Notes: generated from the sequence alone by a model not told the origin. DNA of 64,000 bases from Thalassotalea sp. 42_200_T64 (GCA_002162925.1 MABC01000070.1:15689-79688); one strand, 5' to 3'; shown: positions 10,444 through 21,344, numbered from the stretch's first letter. A program made the numbers and translations.

Positions 10444-11826
10444 ATGAATGACGAAAGCACCATTTATGTACTAGATACCAATATTCTTCTCCACGAACCC
10501 TTTGCTTTTTTATCGTTTCAAGAGCATGACGTGGTAATTCCTATGACTGTCTTAGAAGAGCTCGATAGCATAAAAGACAGAAACAAAGACGTTAGCCGCG
10601 ATGCCCGAGTTGCTATCAGGGCATTAGAAGACACGCTAGTAGATGCCACCCCCGAAGAAGTGCTCGCCGGCGTGCCCATACCCACCCAAAGTGAAACCCA
10701 AAAACAACCGGGTCACCTCGCTATTTTTAATGATTTTAATTTGGAGCAAAAAGCGGGAGATTTATCGCCCAATGAAAATGATAATCGCATCATTAACACC
10801 GCCTTGTATTTACAAGAAAACCGTAAAGATAAGCGTGTTGTCTTAGTCACCAAAGACATCAATATGCGATTAAAAGGCAAGGGCGCAGGTTTAGCTTTTG
10901 TTGAGGATTATCGTACCGATCAACTGGTTGATGATATTAAATTTTTGACCAAAGGCTACCATAAGTTTGAAGGCGATTTCTGGCCACAAATTGATAACTG
11001 TGAAAGTGAAACTAATGGCCGCTACACCCAGCATATACTGGATAAAAATTTGATCCCTGCGGCTTTTGTTAATGAATATTTAATTGATGAAGCGGAAACG
11101 TTTGCGGGTAAAATTGTTAGCGTTGATGATGAAAAAATGGCCGTGATGGATTTAGGTCATGAGCGCTTAATGGGACGTAATGCCTGGGGCATTCATCCGA
11201 AGAATATTTATCAAGGCATGGCGATGGATGCACTGCTTGACCCTGATATTGATCTGGTTATTTTAACCGGACCCGCGGGTTGTGGTAAAACCTTGTTAGC
11301 TTTAGCTTCAGCACTTGAAATGGTGGTGGAAAGAGGTTTATATGATAAAATTATTGTCACCCGTTCAACCCCCGAAATTGCTGAATCGATAGGTTTCTTG
11401 CCCGGCACCGAGGAAGAGAAGATGGCACCTTGGCTGGCAGCTATTACCGACTCTTTAGAAGTGTTGCACAAACAAGATGAAAGTATGAGTGGCAGCATGA
11501 ATTACATCATGGAAAAAGCTAACATTCAGTTTAAATCGGTGAACTTTATGCGCGGCCGCAGTATCCAAAACGCGGTGGTGCTGCTTGATGAGTGTCAAAA
11601 CTTAACCGCCGCTCAACTAAAAACCATCATTACCCGTTGTGGTGAAGGCACTAAGTTAATTTGTTCGGGCAATCTGGCGCAAATTGACAGTAATTACTTA
11701 ACCGCCTTAACCTCAGGGTTAACCTATATTGTTGAGCGCTTTAAGAATTACCCGGGGAGTGCGACCATTAATTTAAACGGTGTGGTACGAAGCTCATTAG
11801 CACAATTTGCCGAGGAGAACTTATAA
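10444..11826 (+). CDS. PIN-domain/PhoH-family ATPase (PhoH2-type)
   Basis: YVLDTNILLH PIN motif, GPAGCGKT Walker A, FMRGRS, LDECQN; SD-like AGGA before ATG 10444. Confidence 0.9.
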   Translation: MNDESTIYVLDTNILLHEPFAFLSFQEHDVVIPMTVLEELDSIKDRNKDVSRDARVAIRALEDTLVDATPEEVLAGVPIPTQSETQKQPGHLAIFNDFNLEQKAGDLSPNENDNRIINTALYLQENRKDKRVVLVTKDINMRLKGKGAGLAFVEDYRTDQLVDDIKFLTKGYHKFEGDFWPQIDNCESETNGRYTQHILDKNLIPAAFVNEYLIDEAETFAGKIVSVDDEKMAVMDLGHERLMGRNAWGIHPKNIYQGMAMDALLDPDIDLVILTGPAGCGKTLLALASALEMVVERGLYDKIIVTRSTPEIAESIGFLPGTEEEKMAPWLAAITDSLEVLHKQDESMSGSMNYIMEKANIQFKSVNFMRGRSIQNAVVLLDECQNLTAAQLKTIITRCGEGTKLICSGNLAQIDSNYLTALTSGLTYIVERFKNYPGSATINLNGVVRSSLAQFAEENL

Positions 11827-11859
11827 AATATCCTTTAATTTACAGTTCACCTTAATAGT

Positions 11860-11890
11860 AAAACTCCACCTTTGTAGTGGAGTTTTTTTT
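11860..11890 (+). terminator. Rho-independent terminator
   Basis: AAAACTCCAC-ctttgta-GTGGAGTTTTTTTT hairpin followed by a T-run. Confidence 0.8.
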
Positions 11891-11947
11891 GGATCTGAAC
11901 ATACTTATACCAGATCATATAAAAATATATAAACAAAGGGATAATGT

Positions 11948-12325
11948 ATGACCATAATGCAAAAAATATATTGGTTGATAGCAACTATGGGCAACCTGTT
12001 AGCTTTTTATTTGCTTTTCAGCCTTGGAAATTTTTGGTCAATTATCGTTTTGCTGATCACCCTAAGTTATTCTGCCATTGGTTTTCATGACATCTATTTC
12101 AGTAAACACACGTTAAATCGTTTATATCCTGTTGTCGCTTACATTCGCTATTTTCTTGAATCTTATCGAGTAGAAATTCAGCAATATTTTATTGCCAACG
12201 ATACCGAAGAGCGGCCGTTCAATCGTGAACAGCGGTCATTGGTATATCAACGTGAAAAAAATGTTCGCGATACCATCGCCTTTGGTTATCTAAATTATAT
12301 TAAGTGGATACAGCATTTATGTTAA
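11948..12325 (+). pseudogene. 5' fragment of FMN-binding glutamate synthase-family gene
   Basis: Two TM helices, then YPVVAYIRYFLE..RVEIQQYFI..ERPFNREQRSLVYQR.KN..DTIAFG; similarity stops abruptly at ~12285. Confidence 0.8.
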
Positions 12326-12388
12326 ATGAGTTTAAGTCGATGTTTTTGTTTAACTCACCAATGTCTGCTGCTCGCTCATGATAGTCTT

Positions 12389-12571
12389 TTAGTCCTGATT
12401 TAGACCATACTTGTTTAATACATCTTCGCTAAGTTCAGGGTATAGTTTTATCAACCTAGACTGAATTTGTTTCAGCCAATTTTCTCCAAACTCCATAGCA
12501 TAAATCAATCCATCATTTAGAATTTGAATTTCGTCATATGGTTGTTTTCTTTTACGAAACCATTCAAACAA
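12389..12571 (-). CDS. Small hypothetical protein, probably truncated
   Basis: 60-aa ORF with SD GGAAGG before TTG; low GC; bracketed by two related hairpin motifs. Confidence 0.45.
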   Translation of the reverse strand: MFEWFRKRKQPYDEIQILNDGLIYAMEFGENWLKQIQSRLIKLYPELSEDVLNKYGLNQD

Positions 12572-12741
12572 ATCTTAACCTTCCATAGATAATTTAACTT
12601 AGACGCCAACGGCCGATGCTCGCTCGCAGCGGCTCGTGAGTTTTGATTACATTATATAAAACTACTGAAAGGTGCAAGTGTCGCAATAGTGATCATCAAC
12701 TTGGCTTCATAAGTGAGTTGCCGCCATTTCGGCTTTGTGGC

Positions 12742-14255
12742 CAGACTGTGTGAAAACTCTTAATTCCAATCAGTCATAATAAAGCCGATCTTATGATCAA
12801 TTAGTCTAACCGGAATTGTATATTTAATAGCCTATCAATGCTGTAGTTGTTATTCTATCTATAGAATAAAAATAACATTAAGGTGTTGATATTTCTGGTT
12901 ATATTACAGGTGGAAGTCGAACCCAAGCAACTTTCTTTCCAGAAGTTCTGGATGATTTCATCTCGGAAGAAAATACCGTACGTGTTCTGGATATTATTGT
13001 AGATGAGTTAAACCTAAGCGAACTTGGCTTTCAAAGAGCTAAGCCAAGTCACACCGGCCGACCAAGCTACGACCCAGCAACCATGTTGAAATTATATCTT
13101 TATGGTTATCTCAATCGAATTCAATCCAGCCGTCGTTTAGAACGTGAAGCGCAGCGCAATATTGAACTTATGTGGTTAACTCGCCGCTTAGCACCAGACT
13201 TTAAAACCATTGCTGATTTTCGCAAGGACAACAGCAAAGGCATCAAAAATGCGTGCCGTACTTTCATTGATATTTGCCGCAAATTAGGTATGTTTAAAGA
13301 CGCGGTAGTTGCCGTAGACGGCAGTAAATTCAAAGCGGTTAACAACAAATCGAAAAACTACACACCAAGCAAATTAAAGTTTCATATTGAACGTGTTGAA
13401 AAGCATATTCAAGAGTATCTAAACAAACTCGATACTGCTGATAACGATGAATTCTCAGAATCTAAAGAAACCATCAGCCAGAAAATAGATGCCTTAAAAA
13501 GTACACTAGAAGAATTCAAAGAACTCAAAAAAAAAGTTGAAGCAGCGCCTGATAAACAAATCTCAGAGACCGACCCTGACTCAAGATTAATGAAGGTTAA
13601 AGGGATGATTAGGCAAGTAAGTTACAACATCCAAAGCGCCGTAGATACGAAGCATCACCTTATTGTTGCTCACAAAGTTACTAACGAAACAGATCACGGC
13701 AAGTTAGATGAAATGGGTCGCATGAGTCAGGAAGCTTTACAACATAAAGAGCTCACGGTTATTGCTGACAAAGGTTATTACAGCGCTCTTGATATCAAAA
13801 ACGCATTGGACGAAGGCATGGATGTATTGGTGCCGAAAACTGATACCTCAGGTAGCGATAAGAAAGGCATCTTCAATCGTTCGATGTTCAAGTATGACAG
13901 AGAAAAAGATGTTTATATTTGTCCTGCTAATAAAGAGCTGACCTACAGAATGTCTGGCATTGAGCGTGGCATGACATTAAAACGCTACTTTCTTGATACG
14001 AAAACGTGTCGCGATTGCGAGTTAAAGCCAAGTTATACTAAAAGCTCTCACAACAGACGCATTGCAAGATGGGAGAATGAAAACATACTGGAAGATATGC
14101 AAAAACGCCTGATTGCTCAGCCCGATACCATGCTTATTCGAAAACAAACTGTTGAACACCCATTCGGTACGATTAAAATGTGGATGGGTTCGACACACTT
14201 TCTCACCAAGCGTTTTAAAAACGTGAGTACCTTAAGAAGGTTTTCACACAACCTG
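12742..14255 (+). mobile_element. IS1182-family insertion sequence (degenerate)
   Basis: Terminal IRs CAGACTGTGTGAAAACT-CTTAA (12742) and rc CAGGTTGTGTGAAAACCTTCTTAA (ends 14255); 4-bp TGGC direct repeats at 12738-41 and 14256-59. Confidence 0.85.
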
Positions 14256-14264
14256 TGGCATTAG
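12891..14264 (+). pseudogene. IS1182 transposase with ATT in place of the start ATG and a deleted C-terminus
   Basis: Frame extends to ISGYITGGSRTQATFFP behind SD AAGGTG; GRPSYDP, SSRRLERE, PDFKTIADFR, VAVDGSK, ADKGY, VEHPFGTIK; runs into the right IR directly after KNVST. Confidence 0.85.
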
Positions 14265-14338
14265 CTGACCCGACCAACAATTAACGCGAATAGAGCGTAA
14301 TAAATATTGAAAAGAACATAGTGTGACCACGTCACAGT

Positions 14339-14506
14339 CTGATTGAAACCATTAGCGAGAACAACAGCTTGCTCAATGACGCTGAATTAAATAAACCTTG
14401 GGCAGATTGGTGGCAACAAACCAGTAGTGAAAGCTTTTATGCGCAAGATTTGTATGTGCTATCACCAGCAGAGCTTAACTTGAAACGTAAAAATACAACA
14501 AACTAA
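14339..14506 (+). pseudogene. Probable 3' remnant of the glutamate synthase-family gene
   Basis: Startless frame LIETISENNSLL...KPWADWWQQTSSESFY...* resembles the C-terminus of that family; same strand as the 11948 fragment. Confidence 0.55.
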
Positions 14507-14651
14507 TCTCTCTTGGCCGCATGGTTACGTCAAAGATATGGCTGCTATTTTGGCTTGTAGTTATGCATCACGACTTTTTTTATCATTATTTTTAACAAAT
14601 ATTCCCTGATTGCCAATTTTGCACTTTACAGCGGTGATGTAATAATGCAAT

Positions 14652-14671
14652 ATTAAAACAACTGTTTTAAT
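14652..14671. promoter_or_regulatory. PsrA-like (TetR) operator
   Basis: 20-bp palindrome ATTAAAACA-AC-TGTTTTAAT upstream of an acyl-CoA dehydrogenase; resembles the TTCAAACA-N2-TGTTTGAA PsrA box of fatty-acid degradation regulons. Confidence 0.65.
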
Positions 14672-14762
14672 TGGTAGTTTGAATTATTCTGTGGAATGCT
14701 ATTCTTATTCATCTATACCTGATAAACGTAATGTAATAAATTGGAACAAATTTGGAGGCCAC

Positions 14763-16541
14763 GTGGCAGAATTTCAAGTCCCTTTAAAAGATATGAGCTT
14801 TGTACTTTTTGATGTGTTTAACGCAAACCAATTATGGCAAGACATTCCTGCGTTAGCAGAAGCTGTAGATAAAGAAACGGCGGATGCCATTTTACAAGAA
14901 TGTGCAAAAATTGCTGAGCAAGTGATTGCCCCTATTTCTCGTGAAGGTGATGAAGTTGGTGTCAGCTTTGATAATGGGATGGTTACTACCGCTCCAGGTT
15001 ACAAGGAAGCCTTTAAAACTTATGCTGAGGGTGGTTGGACCGCACTTGGTGGTGATCCTGAATTTGGCGGCATGGGCATGCCGAAGATGATAACTGCTTT
15101 GCATGAAGAAATGCTGTGTGCGGCGGATATTTCATTCTCCTTGTATCCTGGTTTGAGTGCTGGTGCGGGATTATCGTTGGCAAAACATGCGAGTGAAGAG
15201 CTCAAGCAACGCTATTTAACTCGTATGTATTCGGGAGAGTGGGCCGGTTCAATGTGTTTAACCGAAGCACATGCTGGAACTGACCTTGGTATTATCAAAA
15301 CGAAAGCCGTGCCGAAAGACAATGGTGCCTACGATATTTCAGGCAGCAAAATATTCATTACCGGTGGTGAGCATGATCTCACGGAAAACATCATTCACTT
15401 AGTTCTTGCTAAACTGCCCGATGCGCCATCCGGCCCCCGCGGTATCTCATTATTCGTAGTGCCTAAGTTTAAGGTAAATGACGATGAATCGTTAGGCGAA
15501 GCGAATAACGTTACTTGTGGCTCGATAGAGCACAAAATGGGTATTCATGCTTCCTCTACCTGTGTGATAAATTTTGATGGGGCAGAAGGTTACCTCGTTG
15601 GCGAACTCAATAAAGGTTTGGCATGTATGTTCACTATGATGAACTACGAACGTATTGGTGTTGGTATTCAAGGGTTAGGAGCTGGTGAACGGTCCTACCA
15701 AAATGCTTTAGAATACGCCAAGGATCGCTTACAAGGCCGCAGCGCAACTGGTGCGAAAAATCCTGCTAAAGAAGCTGATTCTATTATGGTTCACGCCGAT
15801 GTGCGTCGGATGTTATTAAATATGAAGGCTTTGAACGAAGGTAACCGTGCATTGGCCGTATACATTTCAATGCAACTTGACTTAAGCAAGTATGCGTCTG
15901 GCGATGTACAACAAAAAGGTGAGGTATTAACGGCGTTGATGACACCACTGGCGAAAGCATTCCTTACCGATGTCGGGTTAGAAAATACCATTGCTGGTCA
16001 GCAAGTATTTGGTGGCCACGGTTTTGTCCGTGAATGGGGGCAAGAACAATTAGTTCGTGACACTCGTATCGCCCAAATTTATGAAGGCACCAACGGCATT
16101 CAGGCAATGGATTTAATTGGCCGTAAAGTTGCCAGTAACAACGGTCAGTTCATGGCTGTTTTCGTCAATGAAGTTCGTGATTATATTGCCGCGAATACTT
16201 CTGCTGAGATGGCTGAATTTATCAAACCATTAACTGCAGCCATCGAAGATTTAGATACGTTAACCAAAGGTGTGTTAGCGGCAGCAGCACAAGACAAAAA
16301 TGAATTGGGCTCGGCAGCGACCGACTATCTGCATGTATTCGGATATACCGCTTTGGCTTACATGTGGGCAAAAATGGCCGAAGTGTCATTAGCAAAAGCC
16401 AGCAGTGATGATTTTTACAAAGCGAAAGTATTAACCGCTCGTCATTACTTTGCTCGTTTGCTGCCACGTCGTTTATCATTAGCCGCATCAGCACTGAGTG
16501 GTGCAGAACACTTATATAACATTGACGACGACTTGTTTTAA
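14763..16541 (+). CDS. Acyl-CoA dehydrogenase (~590-aa class)
   Basis: GTG start after GGAGG; MCLTEAHAGTDLG, GSKIFIT, EHKMGI, QVFGGHG, QIYEGTNGIQ. Confidence 0.93.
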   Translation: MAEFQVPLKDMSFVLFDVFNANQLWQDIPALAEAVDKETADAILQECAKIAEQVIAPISREGDEVGVSFDNGMVTTAPGYKEAFKTYAEGGWTALGGDPEFGGMGMPKMITALHEEMLCAADISFSLYPGLSAGAGLSLAKHASEELKQRYLTRMYSGEWAGSMCLTEAHAGTDLGIIKTKAVPKDNGAYDISGSKIFITGGEHDLTENIIHLVLAKLPDAPSGPRGISLFVVPKFKVNDDESLGEANNVTCGSIEHKMGIHASSTCVINFDGAEGYLVGELNKGLACMFTMMNYERIGVGIQGLGAGERSYQNALEYAKDRLQGRSATGAKNPAKEADSIMVHADVRRMLLNMKALNEGNRALAVYISMQLDLSKYASGDVQQKGEVLTALMTPLAKAFLTDVGLENTIAGQQVFGGHGFVREWGQEQLVRDTRIAQIYEGTNGIQAMDLIGRKVASNNGQFMAVFVNEVRDYIAANTSAEMAEFIKPLTAAIEDLDTLTKGVLAAAAQDKNELGSAATDYLHVFGYTALAYMWAKMAEVSLAKASSDDFYKAKVLTARHYFARLLPRRLSLAASALSGAEHLYNIDDDLF

Positions 16542-16580
16542 ACTCTCGCAAGTGTAGTCATTATTAACCTAAATAATTTT

Positions 16581-16610
16581 AAAAAGTCAGTGATTTATCA
16601 CTGACTTTTT
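16581..16610. terminator. Bidirectional intrinsic terminator
   Basis: AAAAAGTCAGTGAT-tt-ATCACTGACTTTTT. Confidence 0.75.
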
Positions 16611-17007
16611 GCACAAGGATGTGCTTATACCCGGCAGGCAGAAGGCCTTTTTTTGGGGGGCAGGCTTCTAGCAACGAGCTGCGTATTTGATGAATTAACC
16701 TATCGTCTAACAATATCAACTCTGCCCGTAGCTCGTAACCCGAAGCAATTAATATTTTGTATATGGAGATGCTTATACCCACAGGTAGGAGGTCTTTTGA
16801 GGGTGTCCTGCCAAAATAAATACTCTCACCACACCTGCTGTTACCTTGAGTTACAAATGTAAACAGTTATTAGAAATTAATTCATCTAAAATCTGGTCAG
16901 TTAGAGTACGCCATTTTTAGTACTTAACCTGAACTCGGGATATCGATTGCTGCTTATCCCCAGATCCGGTTAGTTAATTTCAATTAATATTGAGGTTTAC
17001 ACCTTCC

Positions 17008-17727
17008 ATGAACGTAGAGTCAGGCACTATCACTGAATTTTCAACGGTGATGATTGTTGAAGGTGATAAAGTTTTGTCATCGTTATTAAAATCGTATCTA
17101 GAAAAATTATCCTATGTAGTCCATCAGGTGTTTCGTGGTGATCAAGCGACATGCAGTCAAATAAAAATTCAGCCCGATTTGATCGTTTTAGATGTCGGCT
17201 TGCCTGGTAAAGACGGTTATAAAGTCTGTCATGAGTTACGGACAACTTATAAAGGCCCGATATTATTTTTAACCTCGAATAACCGTGAGGCGGAACACTT
17301 GGCGGCATTTAATGTAGGTGCCGATGCCTATCTTAGCAAGCCTGTCAGCCCACAACTGCTCTCAGCAAACATTGCTGCCTTGTTACGTCGTATTAAAGAT
17401 AAGCATCAGGGTACTAATCGCCAGAAACTTACTGTAGGTGAAATTACTTTAACGCCAAGTGAACAAAAATGTGAAGTCAATGGTATTGGTTTATTGCTTA
17501 GCGTATTTGAATTTGAATTGCTTTCTCTGCTTATGTTTAATGCCGGAAAAGTATTAACCCGAGATGATATTTACAAATTATTGCTAGGCCGTGAATATGA
17601 TGGTTCAGAGCGCTCTGTCGATGTGCGTTTATCGCGTTTAAGAGATAAGTTAATCAGCCAGGGGGTGGTAAAAACGCAAGTGAAAACCATTTGGGGCAAA
17701 GGCTACTTACTTTCTGCTGACGAGTAA
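17008..17727 (+). CDS. Orphan OmpR/RstA-like response regulator
   Basis: Receiver domain (LDVGLPGKDG, FLT, YLSKP) plus winged HTH (RSVDVRLSRLR, KTIWGKGY). Confidence 0.88.
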   Translation: MNVESGTITEFSTVMIVEGDKVLSSLLKSYLEKLSYVVHQVFRGDQATCSQIKIQPDLIVLDVGLPGKDGYKVCHELRTTYKGPILFLTSNNREAEHLAAFNVGADAYLSKPVSPQLLSANIAALLRRIKDKHQGTNRQKLTVGEITLTPSEQKCEVNGIGLLLSVFEFELLSLLMFNAGKVLTRDDIYKLLLGREYDGSERSVDVRLSRLRDKLISQGVVKTQVKTIWGKGYLLSADE

Positions 17728-17737
17728 TTAAGTTAAA

Positions 17738-17777
17738 AAACAAAGGGGCGATGGCGAATGCCATCGCCCCTTTGTTT
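17738..17777. terminator. Bidirectional terminator between the convergent regulator and TBDR genes
   Basis: AAACAAAGGGGCGATGGC-gaat-GCCATCGCCCCTTTGTTT perfect stem. Confidence 0.85.
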
Positions 17778-17782
17778 AGTGC

Positions 17783-20250
17783 TTAGAACTGGTAAGAAGT
17801 GCTTAAGAAGAAGGTACGACCAACAACATCGTAAACGCTTGGCACTGTTCCCATATCATTACCACCAGGTACTTCTTCTGGTTCGGTATCTAAGATGTTT
17901 TTCATACCACCATTCACTAACCAACTGTCGTTTAAGAAGTATGAGGCAGAAGCATTGTGATATACCACATCATCGGTTGAAAATGCTTCATCGTAGTACT
18001 CACCGTCCATCCCTTGAATGTATTGTGCGCTATACTGAACGCTGAAGTCTTCAGAGATATCAGCACCAAACGTTAAGGTTGATCTCAGTTCGAGTAAGCA
18101 CCGATGTTGCCATCAATTTTTCCTGTATAATCAATGTCATCTTGGGTGAAATCTAATAAGTAAGTGGTATCTAACATCACCTTAAAGATGTCATAATTAA
18201 AGCTGATATTTAAATCGATAACCGATGAGTTTTGCTCACCAATGTTAGTCAGTGATGAAGTTAAAGTATCTAAGTCATTGGCACTGCCATCACCGGTTAT
18301 ATTGATGGCATCTCAAGCGGCAGTATCACCATTAGCACATTCATTTAATTTTGCTTGTACGTCAACACGACTGATCGCATCAGTAATGTCAAATTTCCAG
18401 TAATCGATTGTCGTAGAAACCCCTTCAGTGATTTCCCAAACGGCACCAAATGTGAACGATTCACTTTCTTCTGGAGATAAGTTTTCATCACCGGTGTAAT
18501 TCACTAAAATTTGCGCATCTTGAGCATTACCCCAAGGATCTGCCAAGTAATCGTATGAACCTGAATTACCGGCGTATAATTCGCTAACGCTAGGCGCTCT
18601 AAAACCAGTTGCTGCAACTGAGCGGATCATAAATTGTTCAGTAAAACGATAAGTCGCACCTAGTTTCCATGTTGTTGCACCACCAAATGTTGAATAGCGA
18701 TCGTAACGAGTGGCAGCTTCTACAGCAAGTTGTTCAGTAACAGGTACTGAAACTTCTGCATATGCTGAATTTACGGTGTAATCACCCTCAGTCGGATCTT
18801 GTTGTGCCGCAGTACTTTCACCCGCTTGAGTGACTTCATCCAGGGTGTAATAGCCACTATCATAACGACTTTCTATACCAAAAGCATAGCCGATATCATT
18901 TTCACTAATACCGCTGTAGCCAGCAGTTAAAGTGAATTGTTCGTTACCACCTTCATTATTATCGGTGTAGATGATGCCTTCAGAAACCAGGAAATCTCTG
19001 TCCATAGCATCGCCGCTGAACCAGTCATCTTGATTTTCATAGATACTGTCTTCCATATTACCGGCGTGGATAGAGTTTTCTACTACACCTTTAGACTCAT
19101 TACAGCCGTAGCTTGCAGACATATTCCAGGTATCGTCGTTATCCAGGTAGCCTTCTAGAGCTACTGATAAACGGTAAGTATCGGTTTCTTGACCATAGAT
19201 ACGAGGACCAGCATCTACCATACGACGTCTGTTGTTTAATTCTTCAGGTACCAGGCCAGTATCCGGGTCTTTAAATTGATCCGTGTATTTTTCATCTAAT
19301 TTATTCGTGTCTAAGTCGATGTTAGCAGGCTGCGGTGCCATTTGTTGATCTGACTCGCGGCGAGTATACATAGCATCAATTGATAACTCAGTATCAGTGG
19401 CAATTTCTGAATTATAACGGGTGAAGAAACTGCATAATTCATTTGGGGTTTGTGCGTAACTGGATGTTGTATAATCGTAACCGTGATCTCGATCTTCAAA
19501 ACCTCCGTTGCCATCAGGTGTTTCCCCACCCAATGAACCTTCAGGAACAAAAGAAGAGTTGCCTTCAGGAACAAAGTCTCTGTCTGACTGAATAACTTCA
19601 CCACGTTGTGAGTATTGGAAACCAACGACTAAGTTACCCTTACCAAGTTCACGACCATGTAAAATACTAAAACCACCAGATTCGCCATCACCTTTATCGG
19701 TAGAGCTTAAATCTGCACTTACTTCAGTACCTTCAAAGTCTTTCTTAGTGATGATGTTGACCACACAGGGGGTCTGAACCATATACTGCAGATGCACCAT
19801 CTTTTAAGATTTCAATAGATTTGATCATTGATACCGGGATGGTGTTTAAATCCACTGATGAATCAGCACCTGTACCCGTGGCAACCATGCGGCGGCCATT
19901 TAACAGTACCAGTGTTCTTTGCACACCCATACCGCGAAGGTTCACTGTTGCTTTACCACCTGAACCATTGTTCGATGAAGCTCCTAGGCTCATACCCGCA
20001 GCGATAGGCTGAACAGCTAAAATTTATTGTACTGAGCTGAAACCACTTTTAGCAATAGCATCTGCGGTAATTACGGTAACGGGTAACGCGTTTCCATATC
20101 AGTGCGGTTGATGCGTGAACCGGTAACTTCAATACGCTCTACGTCAGCGGTTTCTGTTGCCGCATTTTCGGCTTGTGCATTAATTGAGACGAAAGCCGTC
20201 GCTGTAGCACTTAACACCATCGCCGTGGCGATTGAGTTTTTCTTAAACAT
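17783..20250 (-). pseudogene. TonB-dependent receptor, multiply disrupted
   Basis: ATG 20250 MFKKNSIATA..ERIEVTGSRI; plug motifs NLRGMG..RTLVLLNGRR and IEILKDGASAVYGSD; GFRAP; C-terminal YQF. Frameshifts at ~20090, ~19770 and ~18090; in-frame stops at ~20023 and 18313. Confidence 0.9.
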
Positions 20251-20665
20251 TGTAACTCCTTGGGGAAGTAAAATTTTTTATATCGAGCTATCTTTTTTAT
20301 CTGCTCGTTACGAGTCGGACACATCTTATGGTGATCTTGTTATCGAAGAGAATAGCTTGTAACAGTTGCGCAAGGTGTGTAACAAAGGTGTTAAATGCAG
20401 AGGCATTGTTACTATAAGCGTTTGAATTTTATATTGTTTGTTTGTTTTGTTGAGTGGAACTCTATAGAGTCATGTTGCAAGACTTTTATTGAACTTTGCG
20501 ACAGTGGTGCGCCAGATCACCCGTTAATTGGTTATCGAGTGAGTGTGTTTAAGTTACTTTTTGTATTTGAAAAGCAAAAAACCTGCAAAGCTTATGATGA
20601 AATAAGCAGTGCAGGTTTGGTATTAGTATGTTTGCTAATACAGATTTTTCAATTTGCAGAACGAA

Positions 20666-21133
20666 TTAATCTTTATTGTACTCAAGCTTTTTATGATCTT
20701 TACCCATGGCCTCAGCAATCTCCTTTGGCATATATTCTTCATCATGCTTGGCAAGAACTTCACTGGCTTCCAATACTGTAGGGCTGATCAGAATGCCTTG
20801 AGCAACAATGCCCTGGCCTTCACGGAATAGGTCCGGTAAAATTGAATCGTAGGTCACGGTGATCATCGGCCCGGTATCAATCAATTTAAATTCAACATGC
20901 AGGCTTTCTGGGTCGCGCTTTACCGTACCAGTTACCACTAAACCACCAACTCGAATACGCTGACCAACGGTTGGTTTAATGCCACTATCGGCTTTACCCT
21001 GAACAATTTCTGTCGGGGTATAAAATAAATCGATATTTTGATTAAGGGCATACAGGGTAAAGCCAGCTACCGCGGCAACACCTGCAAGAATACTGACGAC
21101 TATGGTTAGCCTTTTTTTACGACGAGGATTCAT
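20666..21133 (-). CDS. ccmE: Heme chaperone CcmE
   Basis: MNPRRKKRL start; [10 protein letters not shown]; LAKHDEEY. Confidence 0.96.
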   Translation of the reverse strand: MNPRRKKRLTIVVSILAGVAAVAGFTLYALNQNIDLFYTPTEIVQGKADSGIKPTVGQRIRVGGLVVTGTVKRDPESLHVEFKLIDTGPMITVTYDSILPDLFREGQGIVAQGILISPTVLEASEVLAKHDEEYMPKEIAEAMGKDHKKLEYNKD

Positions 21134-21134
21134 A

Positions 21135-21344
21135 CTACTTACCTTCTTTGCGACGAAGAGCAGCCTGTTTAAGCTTTTCTTCACGTTTTAAACGCTGTTT
21201 AATTTGTGTAAATACCTGTTTTTCCATGCGATGACTATTAATTGCTAAAATGATCAATACCAGGGCGGAAAAACCGTAAGATAACCACACGTAAAACGCG
21301 TAGCCACCCATATTGAAAAAGTCACTCAGTGAGTCAAACGCCAT
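21135..21344 (-). CDS. ccmD: Heme exporter protein CcmD
   Basis: [16 protein letters not shown] followed by a basic tail. Confidence 0.93.
   Translation of the reverse strand: MAFDSLSDFFNMGGYAFYVWLSYGFSALVLIILAINSHRMEKQVFTQIKQRLKREEKLKQAALRRKEGK

Noticed and set aside
17783-20250. Programmed frameshifting or phase variation in the TBDR
   Set aside because: At least five heterogeneous lesions, including nonsense codons and not located in slippery tracts; ordinary decay explains them.
20395-20781. 128-aa plus-strand ORF
   Set aside because: It overlaps the ccmE 3' end antisense, spans AT-rich promoter DNA and has no recognisable motif or SD.
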